Source: Methyloligellaceae bacterium
GTDB lineage: Bacteria > Pseudomonadota > Alphaproteobacteria > Rhizobiales > Methyloligellaceae
NCBI GenBank assembly: GCA_965228615.1
Contig: CBDDHT010000001.1
Span: 242,371-306,370, forward strand
Reading direction: 5' to 3'
Length of the DNA: 64,000 bases
The number at the start of each line of letters is the position of its first letter. Positions within the stretch are counted from its first letter, which is position 1. Under the pieces are notes generated by a model, which was not told where the DNA came from, did not search any database, and saw nothing but the letters and a program-made list of their open reading frames with translations. The position numbers were made by a program, and so were the translations under genes. Shown piece after piece: positions 20,711-30,555 of this stretch.

Positions 20711-21658
20711 TCATTCGTTACCGTTTGCAAAAATCGTTGCTGCAGGTGCGACGATCAACGGGTCGGGTGCAACGGCGATGGCATCGTCCTTCCCGTCATA
20801 GTCGATGCTATGCAGGACATGCCGCATCGCGTTGAGCCGCGCGCGCGGCTGGTCTTCGGATTTGATAATCGTCCAGGGTGCTTCGCTCGTATCGGTCAAC
20901 TGGAACGTCGCCTCTTTGGCTTCGGTATAATCACCCCAGCGCTGCTGCGCTTCCTTGTCGATAGGGCTCAGTTTCCATTGCTTCAGCGGATCGGTTTCGC
21001 GCTCATGGAAGCGACGGGCCTGTTCGTTCTTGGAAACCGACAGATAGAATTTGATGATCGTGATTCCGCTGCGCACAAGCATCTGTTCGAATTCCGGTGC
21101 CTGCCGCGTAAACTCCCAATATTCGCTCTCGGAACAGAAACCCATCACTTTTTCAACACCTGCCCGGTTGTACCAGGAGCGGTCAAAGAAGACGATCTCT
21201 CCGCCGGACGGCATGTGCTGCACATAGCGCTGGAAGTACCATTGGTTGCGTTCGGTGTCGGTCGGCTTTTCCAGGGCAACGACCCGGATCCCCCGTGGGT
21301 TCATATGCTCCGTGAAGCGTTTGATCGAGCTTCCCTTGCCGGCTGCATCGCGGCCTTCGAATACGATGACAAGCTTCCCGTTTTTGTCCTTGATCCAGTT
21401 CTGGAGTTTTACCAGCTCGATCTGGAGTAAACGTTTCTGCTTGTAGTAGGCCTTGGGACCCATACGCTTGTCATAGGGGTATTGTCCTTTAAGGAAATAC
21501 TTGCGGATCACATTTTCTGTGATCGGTTCCGAATAGTCCCACCGCAGCGCATTCTCGATAGGTCCGCCGGCATCCGGCAGTTCGTAGGACTGCATGAGAT
21601 AATCAGCCCATTCCTGATCCGGAACCGGTGCCTGGTCGGGTGCTGCATCTTGCGCCAT
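20711..21658 (-). CDS. ppk2: polyphosphate kinase 2
   Basis: P-loop FEGRDAAGKGSSIKR and the typical PPK2 layout (..VVALEKPT..; ..FFDRSWYNRAGVE..). Confidence 0.85.
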   Translation of the reverse strand: MAQDAAPDQAPVPDQEWADYLMQSYELPDAGGPIENALRWDYSEPITENVIRKYFLKGQYPYDKRMGPKAYYKQKRLLQIELVKLQNWIKDKNGKLVIVFEGRDAAGKGSSIKRFTEHMNPRGIRVVALEKPTDTERNQWYFQRYVQHMPSGGEIVFFDRSWYNRAGVEKVMGFCSESEYWEFTRQAPEFEQMLVRSGITIIKFYLSVSKNEQARRFHERETDPLKQWKLSPIDKEAQQRWGDYTEAKEATFQLTDTSEAPWTIIKSEDQPRARLNAMRHVLHSIDYDGKDDAIAVAPDPLIVAPAATIFANGNE

Positions 21659-21891
21659 TGAAGTCCTCTCATGTGTCGGTTCAGCGAATATTTAATACCA
21701 GCAATGGACGGCCTATGTGACAGATCCATGTCAATTTGGGATTGCCCAACGTGATAGCCAAATTGACCTGTCGAATTGGACGGGCAAGAGATGGCAAATG
21801 CGGTACTGGCACTCGGTTCGGCCATCCCCCAAAATGTAAACGCAACGCTCGTCCGCTGACCGACGTCCACCCGCAAACGGAGATAAGACCT

Positions 21892-23337
21892 GTGCTCGAA
21901 AAAACCGAGTTCTATATTGATGGTGCCTGGACGGCACCAGACACGACAAATCCATTGACCGTCATAAATCCCGCCGACGAAGAGCCATTTGCGACGATTT
22001 CGCTCGGCACTGAGGTCGATGTGGACAATGCTGTTGCGGTTGCCGCCCGTGCCTTCGAAACATGGGGATTTACCTCCCGTGAAGAGCGACTTGCAAAACT
22101 TGAGGCGTTGGCGGGGATTTACAAGCAGCGCTACCGCGAGATGGCACAGACGATCTCGACGGAAATGGGCGCGCCGATCACTCTGGCAACGCGAGCCCAG
22201 GCCGGCGCCGGACTCGGTCATATCAAAGCCTATATCGATGTCTTGCGCGACTTCACGTTCGAGCATCCGCTGCGAGACGATGCTCAAAGCGAGCACATCA
22301 TCTATGAGCCTGTCGGCGTTGCCGGTCTGATCACACCATGGAACTGGCCTATGAATCAGGTCACGCTGAAGGTCGCCGCAGCTTTGGCGGCAGGATGTAC
22401 GGTTGTCCTCAAACCATCGGAAGTCTCGCCTCTCTCGGCCATGCTTTTTGCCGAGATGATCGACGAGGCCGGATTTCCGCCCGGTGTATTTAATCTCGTC
22501 AACGGTGACGGGCCGAGTGTCGGGCAAGCGCTCTGCCGGCACCCGGATATCGACATGATGTCGTTTACCGGCTCCACACGTGCCGGAATTGCCGTCTCAA
22601 GAGCGAGTGCCGATACGATCAAACGCGTTGCTCTCGAACTTGGCGGCAAGGGCCCGAATATCGTGCTTGCCGATACGGATGTGGCCGCCGCGGTCAAGCG
22701 TGGCGCCGCGCACTGCTTCAACAATTCCGGCCAATCGTGCAATGCGCCGACCCGTATGCTGGTCGAGCATTCCATCTATGAGGAGGCCGTCCAGGTTGCG
22801 ACCGACACGGCGGAAGCCACGAGGGTCGGCGATCCGTCCGAAGAGGGACCGCATATTGGCCCGGTCGTCAGCGAGATCCAGTTCGACAAGATCCAGGGGT
22901 TGATTCAGATGGGCATCGATGAAGGCGCCCGTCTCACGGCGGGCGGTACCGGTCGTCCCGAAGGATTCAACCGTGGATACTATGTTCGCCCGACGGTCTT
23001 TGCCGATGTCACCAACGAGATGACGATCGCGCGCGAAGAGATATTTGGCCCGGTCCTGAGCCTCATTCCGTTCCAGAATGAAGCCGAAGCGATTCGCATG
23101 GCCAACGATACGCCCTATGGACTGACTGCTTATGTGCAGAGTGGCGATCAGGATCGTGCGCAATCCATGGCCCGAAGGTTGCGCTCCGGCATGGTCCAGC
23201 TCAACGGCGCTCAACGTCCGTCAGGTAGCCCGTTCGGCGGCATGAAGCAGTCGGGCAATGGCCGGGAAGGTGGCCGTTGGGGCCTGGAGGAATTCCTGGA
23301 AGTAAAAGCTGTCAGCGGCTGGGTCGGTGGCGACTGA
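21892..23337 (+). CDS. NAD(P)-dependent aldehyde dehydrogenase
   Basis: ALDH motifs LELGGKGP and the catalytic Cys in NSGQSCNAPTR. Start is trimmed to the GTG at 21892 (VLEKTEFYIDGAW), giving a typical ~480-aa length. Confidence 0.85.
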   Translation: MLEKTEFYIDGAWTAPDTTNPLTVINPADEEPFATISLGTEVDVDNAVAVAARAFETWGFTSREERLAKLEALAGIYKQRYREMAQTISTEMGAPITLATRAQAGAGLGHIKAYIDVLRDFTFEHPLRDDAQSEHIIYEPVGVAGLITPWNWPMNQVTLKVAAALAAGCTVVLKPSEVSPLSAMLFAEMIDEAGFPPGVFNLVNGDGPSVGQALCRHPDIDMMSFTGSTRAGIAVSRASADTIKRVALELGGKGPNIVLADTDVAAAVKRGAAHCFNNSGQSCNAPTRMLVEHSIYEEAVQVATDTAEATRVGDPSEEGPHIGPVVSEIQFDKIQGLIQMGIDEGARLTAGGTGRPEGFNRGYYVRPTVFADVTNEMTIAREEIFGPVLSLIPFQNEAEAIRMANDTPYGLTAYVQSGDQDRAQSMARRLRSGMVQLNGAQRPSGSPFGGMKQSGNGREGGRWGLEEFLEVKAVSGWVGGD

Positions 23338-23427
23338 ACACACTCAATCTCATAACGCGGGCGAGATTCGATTGGCTCTGGCCGGCTCTTAGCAGGAGCC
23401 CGGCCTTGGCTGTGCATAATGCTGGCA

Positions 23428-23449
23428 TATAATAATCCAGCTTATTATA
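23428..23449. promoter_or_regulatory. candidate MarR operator (8-bp perfect inverted repeat)
   Basis: TATAATAA-tccagc-TTATTATA ends 7 nt before the marR-family start codon. Confidence 0.5.
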
Positions 23450-23456
23450 ATCCGGC

Positions 23457-23978
23457 ATGGCAGATGATCCTTATCTCACCCGTTCTCTGGGCTTTCTCCT
23501 TGGTGACGTTTCGCGCCTGGTCCGTGCGCGTTTCGATTCACGTGCCGGAACACTAGGGCTGACGCGCGCGCAATGGCGCGTTCTGGCTCGCTTGCGCCGC
23601 CGCGAGGGTATCAACCAGACCGAGCTAGCCGAGATACTCGAGATTGAATCGATTACGCTCGGCCGTCATATCGACCGGCTTGAAGCGAAAGGGTGGGTCG
23701 AGCGTCGACCGGACCCTGCCGACCGCCGGGCTTGGAAGCTGTATCTTGACCCCAGCGTAAAGCCCGTTCTTGCCCAAATGCGGAAACTCTCGGAAGCGAC
23801 TCGCCGCGAAGCCCTAAAAGGCTTCAATGAGACCGAAAGCGAGCAGCTGATCGATCTCCTCCTGAGGGTCAAGGGCAATATGCTCGTATTGGAGCAGCAC
23901 GGGGAAGAGCAGGGTGAGCCGGCCACCAAGGCGGTATCGGGACGGGGTCGGAAAAAGCTCCCGGTCGCATCGCAATGA
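23457..23978 (+). CDS. MarR-family transcriptional regulator
   Basis: Winged-HTH region LTRAQWRVLARLRRREGINQTELAEILEIESITLGRHIDRLEAKGWVERRPDPADRR. Confidence 0.85.
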   Translation: MADDPYLTRSLGFLLGDVSRLVRARFDSRAGTLGLTRAQWRVLARLRRREGINQTELAEILEIESITLGRHIDRLEAKGWVERRPDPADRRAWKLYLDPSVKPVLAQMRKLSEATRREALKGFNETESEQLIDLLLRVKGNMLVLEQHGEEQGEPATKAVSGRGRKKLPVASQ

Positions 23979-25111
23979 CCGAAGAGTCCGACCTGATTAC
24001 GAACAAGGATGGATCGGCGAGCGAGCCGGTCAAACCAAAGGGGCGTCGCCGGTGGGGGCGCTTGTTCGGAATTGCGATTGTGTCCGCCATCGGACCCATC
24101 GCTGCGATCCTCATAGGGTCCTACCTGTACTTTTCGGGCGGCCGATTTGTCTCCACTGACAATGCCTATGTGAAATCTGAAAAGATCGCTGTCAGCGCCG
24201 ACGTATCAGGGCGCGTTGTTGCTGTCGGCGTCAAGGAGAACCAGTTGCTCGAGCCCGATGCGCTGCTCTTCAAGATCGATCCAGAGCCTTATCGAATCGC
24301 GCTGGAGAAAGCTAAGGCGAAGCTGATGTTCGCCCGTCAGGAAATCGAAGCACTTCGTGCTTTGCACAAGCAGAAGCTTGCGGAGCTAAAACTCTCGCAA
24401 GGCGACGTCGGTTTCTATCAGCGCCAATATGATCGGCAACAGAAGCTCAATACGAAGGGATTTACTTCGGAGACCAATCTCGACACGGCGCGCCGTTCCT
24501 TGCGCAATGCGCATGACCGGATCGGCTCTGTAATGCAGGACATTGCCCAGGTTCGCGCCAAGCTTGGCGGCGATCCGGATATTACAACGGACGACCATCC
24601 AGCGGTTCGGGAGGCCGCAGCCGAGCGGGATCAGGCAGCCCTGGATTTGAAGCGAACCGATGTTCGGGCAGTGGCCCCGGGTGTGGTGACCAACTTCGAC
24701 CTCCAGGCCGGAGAATACGTAAGGGCCGGAACGAACGTATTCAGTCTTGTAGGGACTGGCGACGTCTGGATTGAGGCCAATTTTAAGGAAACGGACCTCA
24801 CGCATGTTCGAGTCGGGCAGGTTGCCTCAATCCGGGTTGATGCATATCCGGGCGATAGACGGGAAGCTGTTGTCGCGAGCATCAGTCCGGCCACTGGTGC
24901 TGAGTTCGCGCTACTGCCCGCCCAGAATGCGAGTGGCAATTGGGTCAAGGTCGTTCAGCGTCTGACCGTACGTCTGTCGCTGAAGGGCCGATGGCAGGAG
25001 CCCCCGCTTCGCGCGGGGATGAGCGTGATCGCCGAAATCGACACCGGTCACAAACGCCGCCTGCCTGATTTTGCCAGGGCGGCCCTCAACTGGGCCGGAA
25101 GCTTGATATGA
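23975..25111 (+). CDS. HlyD/EmrA-like membrane fusion protein
   Basis: Single N-terminal TM, coiled-coil centre, barrel-sandwich ends. ATGA overlaps on both sides. Confidence 0.85.
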   Translation: MTEESDLITNKDGSASEPVKPKGRRRWGRLFGIAIVSAIGPIAAILIGSYLYFSGGRFVSTDNAYVKSEKIAVSADVSGRVVAVGVKENQLLEPDALLFKIDPEPYRIALEKAKAKLMFARQEIEALRALHKQKLAELKLSQGDVGFYQRQYDRQQKLNTKGFTSETNLDTARRSLRNAHDRIGSVMQDIAQVRAKLGGDPDITTDDHPAVREAAAERDQAALDLKRTDVRAVAPGVVTNFDLQAGEYVRAGTNVFSLVGTGDVWIEANFKETDLTHVRVGQVASIRVDAYPGDRREAVVASISPATGAEFALLPAQNASGNWVKVVQRLTVRLSLKGRWQEPPLRAGMSVIAEIDTGHKRRLPDFARAALNWAGSLI

Positions 25112-26643
25112 CGGCGCCGGCCATCGCGGCCGCTGCAGAACCAGAACAGCGGCCTGAAGGTGTCCGTCTCCGCCTGATCACGATCGCTCTCATTCTGGCG
25201 CCGCTCATCCAGGTTTTCGACACGTCTCTATTGAGCATTGCCCTTCGGCAGATGCAGGGATCGCTATCGGCGACGCAGGATCAGGTGGCATGGGTCCTGA
25301 CGTCCTATCTGATCGCCGTCACCGTCATGACGCCGGTATGGGGTGCTCTGAGCGGTGTATTCGGACGCAAGCCTCTCATGCTCGTGTCGATCACCTTTTT
25401 CATGATCTTTTCTGTCCTTTCGGGCACATCGGATTCCCTTACCGAAATCCTGATTTACCGTTTCTTCCAGGGTGTCTTTGGTGCGGCGCTCGTTCCGCTA
25501 TCGCAATCATCGCTATTGTCGGTCTACCGGCGCGAGGATTTCGGCATTGCAATGGGATGGTGGGGTGTCGGGCTGATGTTCGGTCCGGTCTTTGGCCCGA
25601 CGCTTGGGGGCTACATCACTGAATATTTCAGTTGGCGCTGGGTTTTCTATCTCAACCTGCCCATCGGGTTCTTGGCGTTCGTGATGATCGGACTGCTGCT
25701 GCCGCGGACGCGCAATGTGAGAAAGCGGAAATTCAACTACTACGGGTTCGTGATGCTCGCGCTGACGGTCGGTCCCGTCCAGTTCATTTTGGATCGCGGC
25801 GAGCGGCTCGACTGGTATTCCTCGCCGACGATCATCGTCCTGACACTGTTAGCAGGGGCGGCATTGTGGATGTTTATCATCAACTCCCTGACCTCGGAAA
25901 CACCGTTCGTCGATACTGCGATCTTTCGAGACAGAAACTATCTGTCCGGCATCGTCCTACGGGTTCTGTTCGGCGGCATGCTTTTCGGGAGTTTGGTGCT
26001 CATTCCCCCTTTCGTGCAGAATCTGGGCGGCTATCCGTTGATCGACAGCGGCCTTATTCTGGCGCCGCGCGGGGCAGGCGCGATGTTTGCTGCACTCTTC
26101 GTCGGCCGAATGCTCAAATACATCGACCCGCGAAAAATGATTGTTTTCGGAATGGCAACGGCAGCGCTGACCATGTGGCAGTTGTCGGCATTCACGCAAG
26201 ACATCGATATGACGACCATCGTCACGATCAATTTCATTCAAGGCATAGCGTTTAGTTGTTTCATAATACCGGTCAACACGGTTGCCTTTTCGACCATCGC
26301 TCCAGAGCACCGCGATGCAGGCACATCATTCTATTCCCTGCTCAACAATATTGGCCGGAGCATGGGGATTGCCCTGCTCGCCGGTTTCCTGGTGCGCAAC
26401 ACACAGGCCAACCACTCGGTTTTGGTCGAGCATGTGTCGCCCTTTAACAGCCATATCCAACATTTCGGTATGCCGGATATCTGGACTCTGACCGATCCCG
26501 CCGGCCTCGCCGCCGTCAACGAGATGATCACCCGGCAGGCAGAATTGATTTCCTATATTGCCGATTTCCGGCTCCTGGCCATTGTTCTTGTCGTCTGTAT
26601 TCCCGTTACTTTTCTGATGCGCAATCCGTTGCGGGCAGCATGA
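25108..26643 (+). CDS. MFS drug efflux transporter, DHA2/EmrB-like (14 TMS)
   Basis: Length and hydrophobicity pattern fit. MFS motif region GALSGVFGRKPLML. Confidence 0.85.
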   Translation: MTAPAIAAAAEPEQRPEGVRLRLITIALILAPLIQVFDTSLLSIALRQMQGSLSATQDQVAWVLTSYLIAVTVMTPVWGALSGVFGRKPLMLVSITFFMIFSVLSGTSDSLTEILIYRFFQGVFGAALVPLSQSSLLSVYRREDFGIAMGWWGVGLMFGPVFGPTLGGYITEYFSWRWVFYLNLPIGFLAFVMIGLLLPRTRNVRKRKFNYYGFVMLALTVGPVQFILDRGERLDWYSSPTIIVLTLLAGAALWMFIINSLTSETPFVDTAIFRDRNYLSGIVLRVLFGGMLFGSLVLIPPFVQNLGGYPLIDSGLILAPRGAGAMFAALFVGRMLKYIDPRKMIVFGMATAALTMWQLSAFTQDIDMTTIVTINFIQGIAFSCFIIPVNTVAFSTIAPEHRDAGTSFYSLLNNIGRSMGIALLAGFLVRNTQANHSVLVEHVSPFNSHIQHFGMPDIWTLTDPAGLAAVNEMITRQAELISYIADFRLLAIVLVVCIPVTFLMRNPLRAA

Positions 26644-27102
26644 ATGAAGCGACGGTTTGTCGAGTGTCGGCGTTTCTCGTTGCACTGATGATGGAACCGG
26701 AAGTGGCTGGATGAATTACATTTGGATTTCGCCGGTCTATGCAGATCATAAGACATCAAATCAAAGGCCAGTTTTGCGAGGTCGAACGCTGGGTGTCGTT
26801 GTCGCGAGTCGAATGCATTATGTCGGTTGGACACAATTATTGGACATGAGCGTCGTCTTTTCGCCGAATTAAAAAGCATTGTTAAGGGAGACAAACGCCT
26901 TCCTCTCGACGCACGGCTGGCCAGAGAACAAGGGTGTTCACCGGTAAATCTGCTCTTCAAGCGGTATCGCGAAAGAGCAATGATTTCGGGGCCAGGGTAT
27001 CCATAATGCCGACCGTGCTGTTGATGGCATCCGCCATCCTATCGATGTTTTCTGCTGTCTGCGTGCACACTGCGTTGTGCCATTCCTGCCGGGGGCGTTG
27101 AG

Positions 27103-27816
27103 ATGTTTCCGGATCTAGAGGCCCGCGATCGCCAACCAGAGATCATGGATCAGCTGGACCTCGACCCAGCCCGCTTCGTCGGATCGCTCGCCGGTCTTCG
27201 CCGCATCAATCGTGTCACGGGAAGCGCGCGCATTCTGTGGCCCGACCTGGTTGAAGCGGCACGATCGAAGCCGGACGGGAAACTGACGGTGCTGGATGTC
27301 GCCTGTGGGGGTGGAGATATCGTTGTATCCCTCTCCAGAAAGGCAAAAAAAGCCGGTTTGCCAATGACCTTTTCTGGTTTTGACGTCAATCCATTGGCCG
27401 TCGAGACGGCTCGACGGCATGCGAGGGCATCCAAGGTCGACGCCAAATTCTACACAATGAATGCGACCTCCGACGCGTTTCCTGACGACTCGGATGTCGT
27501 CATGTGCTCGTTCTTCCTCCATCATCTCCCCCAGTCGCAGGCGACCGGTTTTCTGCGCCGTGCAGCGGAGAGCGCACGGGATCGTCTCCTCGTGCACGAC
27601 CTTGTACGTGCACCGGCAGGTTATCTTCTGGCAAAGGTCGGCACGGTCGCTTTGCTGTGCAACGACGTCTGCCGCAAGGATGGCCCACGCTCGGTACAAG
27701 GGGCTTTCACCTGTCTGGAGGCCGAAGCTCTGTCGGATGCGGCGGGTCTCGATGGTGCTGTCATTGTCCCCCGGTTTCCCTTTCGATATCTGCTTCGCTG
27801 GGTGAGGGCTCGATGA
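27103..27816 (+). CDS. SAM-dependent methyltransferase
   Basis: Motif I VLDVACGGGD. The stop overlaps the next start (ATGA). Confidence 0.8.
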   Translation: MFPDLEARDRQPEIMDQLDLDPARFVGSLAGLRRINRVTGSARILWPDLVEAARSKPDGKLTVLDVACGGGDIVVSLSRKAKKAGLPMTFSGFDVNPLAVETARRHARASKVDAKFYTMNATSDAFPDDSDVVMCSFFLHHLPQSQATGFLRRAAESARDRLLVHDLVRAPAGYLLAKVGTVALLCNDVCRKDGPRSVQGAFTCLEAEALSDAAGLDGAVIVPRFPFRYLLRWVRAR

Positions 27817-28991
27817 CCGCTTGCCCCACACCGCCACCCGATCAAATGAGTTGGGACGTCGCGATTGTCGGCGCGGGCCCTGCGGGATCGTTAGCAGCCC
27901 ATGCTTTGGCTGGTTTCGGGCGGTCGGTTCTCCTCATTGACCGGGGACATTTCCCGCGGAGCAAAGTGTGCGGTGGGTGCCTGAACAGACGTGCCATCGG
28001 GGCATTGAACGAGGCGGGCCACCGGAAACTGCTAGAGGGTCTTCTTCCAGCAAAGATCGAGGCGATCGACATTGCGGCGGCTGGACGTCAGGTGCGTCTC
28101 ACACTGCCGTCCAGCCTGGCAGTGTCCCGACTTGCCCTGGACGATGCGTTGATCAATGCGGCTCGCGAAGCCGGCGCGATGGTCCTGGAAGGATGGAGCG
28201 CGACAGTCGAAAAAGGCAACGAATGTGGTTGGATGATTGCACTCCGGTCAACCGGCCAAAGACGCCGGATCTATGCGCGGGTGTGTATGACTGCTGCCGG
28301 GTTATCCGGCCGCGCGCCTCTTTGCAATGCTGCGGATGTGGACGTGATGCCGCGCTCTCGGATTGGTGCTGGCGTACTGCTCGAGCGTGATCCGATGCTC
28401 ATGAAAAGCGGCCTCGCCGCCGCGAACTCGATCTCGATGACGGTATCGAAAGATGGGTATGTGGGCGTTGCGCCCGCAGAAAATGGGCGCACGATTCTTG
28501 CTGCGGCATTAGATCCGGATGCCGTTCGTTATGCCGGTGGGCTCGGTCAGCTGGCTGGAACGATATTGTCCTCGGCCGGGCGCCCCGTTCCGGGCACATT
28601 GATCGCAGCGGATTGGCGCGGAACGCCCGCCCTGACCCGCCGCGTCCATCCGCTTGCGGGGCACCGTTCTTTGATTCTTGGCGATGCGGCTGGTTATGGC
28701 GAGCCCTTCACGGGCGAAGGTATGGCTTGGGCGATGACCGGGGCCTTGCACGCTGCCAAACTGGTTCATCTGGGCTTGGACGATTGGCGGACATCGACCG
28801 AACGCAACTGGATTTCCTGGCACAGGCAGCATATCGGCCGCTACCAGACGCGCTGTCGCCATTTTGCTCGAGGTCTGCGGCATCCGTGGATTGTCGGTCT
28901 TAGCCTTTCGGCATTGCAGCGCGCGCCTTCGATGGCGAAGCCGCTTGTTCGCTCTCTTCATACCGAAATCGATAATCGGGAGGTCGCTTGA
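27813..28991 (+). CDS. FAD-dependent oxidoreductase (geranylgeranyl-reductase/aromatic hydroxylase-like)
   Basis: Start is trimmed to MTACPTPPPDQMSWDVAIVGAGPAGS (GxGxxG). GD motif LILGDAAGY. Confidence 0.8.
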   Translation: MTACPTPPPDQMSWDVAIVGAGPAGSLAAHALAGFGRSVLLIDRGHFPRSKVCGGCLNRRAIGALNEAGHRKLLEGLLPAKIEAIDIAAAGRQVRLTLPSSLAVSRLALDDALINAAREAGAMVLEGWSATVEKGNECGWMIALRSTGQRRRIYARVCMTAAGLSGRAPLCNAADVDVMPRSRIGAGVLLERDPMLMKSGLAAANSISMTVSKDGYVGVAPAENGRTILAAALDPDAVRYAGGLGQLAGTILSSAGRPVPGTLIAADWRGTPALTRRVHPLAGHRSLILGDAAGYGEPFTGEGMAWAMTGALHAAKLVHLGLDDWRTSTERNWISWHRQHIGRYQTRCRHFARGLRHPWIVGLSLSALQRAPSMAKPLVRSLHTEIDNREVA

Positions 28992-30073
28992 TGGCCCTTA
29001 CGGTCTGTTCCATCGGCTCGGCAGTTCCCGAGCAGTCGCTGACGCGCGACGAGTCCCTTGAGGTTGCCAAACTGATGGCGCCCGAGACGAAACACAAAAC
29101 ACTCAGCAAGATCTTCTGCGGCACAGGCGTCAGAAAGCGTCACAGCGTGCTACTCAGAAAAGGCGATACAGACGATGCAGCCGTTGATTACGACCTTCTC
29201 TACACGCCTGATAATGTTGGCGACCCCGGCCCGACAACGATGGAGCGGATGCAGGTCTATCAGGACCGTGCCCATCCGTTGGCCGAAACCGCCGTTGGCC
29301 GCGCACTCCGGGGAAGCACCATTCGGATTGAGGACCTCACGCATCTCGTGATGGTGACATGCAGCGGATTCTTTGCCCCGGGCGTCGATATAGCACTCAT
29401 GAAATCTATGGGATTGCCGCGCGATCTTGAGCGGGTCCAGGTTGGCTTCATGGGGTGCCAGGGAGCTCTAAACGGTCTCCGCGTCGCCAACGGTCTGGCT
29501 GGAACACGTTCGGATGCTTGTGTCCTGTTGTGTGCGGTCGAGCTCTGCAGTGTGCACTTCCATTATGGCTGGCAGGTCGACCGCGCGGTTGCCAATGCCT
29601 TGTTTGCCGATGGCTCTGCTGCCCTGGTCGGACAATCCGATGGTAGCGGATGGAAAGTGCGCGCCAACGGTGCCTGCCTGGTCCCCCAGTCCGAAGGGGC
29701 CATGAGTTGGCGGATTGGAGATCATGGATTCGAGATGGGATTGTCGTCGGCCTTGCCGCGGATCATCGAAGCCAATTTGCGTCCGTGGCTGGCGGATTGG
29801 CTCAATCAGCACGACCTGACAATAGATGATGTAGCGACATGGGCGGTGCATCCGGGAGGCCCGAGTATTGTGCGCAGCGTACAACGAGGACTCGGTCTTG
29901 CAGACGATGCGCTCGACGTCTCATTGGGCGTCCTTCAGGAGTTGGGCAACATGTCGTCGCCGACAATTCTGTTCATCCTTGAGCGTTTGCTCGCTGCAGA
30001 TGCGGAGCTTCCTTGTGTCGGTTTGGCATTCGGTCCCGGACTGTCTGTCGAAGCCGTTTTGTTCGATGAATGA
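28991..30073 (+). CDS. type III polyketide synthase (chalcone/stilbene synthase family)
   Basis: Catalytic Cys in VTCSGFFAPG, His in WAVHPGGPSI, Asn in GNMSSPT. The ATG overlaps the upstream TGA (TGATG). Confidence 0.9.
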   Translation: MALTVCSIGSAVPEQSLTRDESLEVAKLMAPETKHKTLSKIFCGTGVRKRHSVLLRKGDTDDAAVDYDLLYTPDNVGDPGPTTMERMQVYQDRAHPLAETAVGRALRGSTIRIEDLTHLVMVTCSGFFAPGVDIALMKSMGLPRDLERVQVGFMGCQGALNGLRVANGLAGTRSDACVLLCAVELCSVHFHYGWQVDRAVANALFADGSAALVGQSDGSGWKVRANGACLVPQSEGAMSWRIGDHGFEMGLSSALPRIIEANLRPWLADWLNQHDLTIDDVATWAVHPGGPSIVRSVQRGLGLADDALDVSLGVLQELGNMSSPTILFILERLLAADAELPCVGLAFGPGLSVEAVLFDE

Positions 30074-30192
30074 CCTGTTATCAGCCTGTTCGAGACAAAA
30101 TATCGTCATGAATCTGGTTAACACTAAGACTGTGCAGACTAAGAATTGTGCAAGGTCGATCGTTCGAAGATGCCACCCAAAGGGAGGGGATC

Positions 30193-30345
30193 ATGGGCGT
30201 TATCGCACCGACTGCAATGACCCTAACGCCAGACATGTCACCCTCGGGTGCATTCTTCAGAGCGTCACGCCGCCGGACACTGTCTGACGCGGCGCCAAGC
30301 ACGGGGATCGAAGTCTTCCGAGCCTTCGCTACCGACAACCACTAA
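30193..30345 (+). CDS. hypothetical 50-aa protein downstream of the PKS operon
   Basis: The ATG is preceded by a strong GGGAGGGGA Shine-Dalgarno at -4. No recognisable motif. Confidence 0.3.
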   Translation: MGVIAPTAMTLTPDMSPSGAFFRASRRRTLSDAAPSTGIEVFRAFATDNH

Positions 30346-30555
30346 TCAAAGTTGTTCGCCGAACCCGGTTGGCTGAAGTCGACCGGTCGCTGGCAACGGA
30401 TGGATTGACGCGCCCGACGCAATGCGTCCTCGGCTGCAATCATTGCATCGGTCCCAGCCCGTTCGGCGAATGCTTGAGAGTAGGACGCTCATGCCTCCGC
30501 GCATCGTTCGCGGAGCATTGAAGGTCGTTTGATTTGCACATGGGGAGCAAAGACC

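Noticed and set aside
21508-22542. 344-aa minus-strand ORF spanning the ppk2/ALDH divergent region
   Set aside because: It overlaps both a well-supported PPK2 5' end and the ALDH gene on the opposite strand, and has no motifs.
27006-27101. 31-codon ORF (MPTVLLMASAILSMFSAVCVHTALCHSCRGR) ending 1 nt before the methyltransferase start
   Set aside because: It has no convincing Shine-Dalgarno and is too short to evaluate. It is kept only as a note under the PKS finding.
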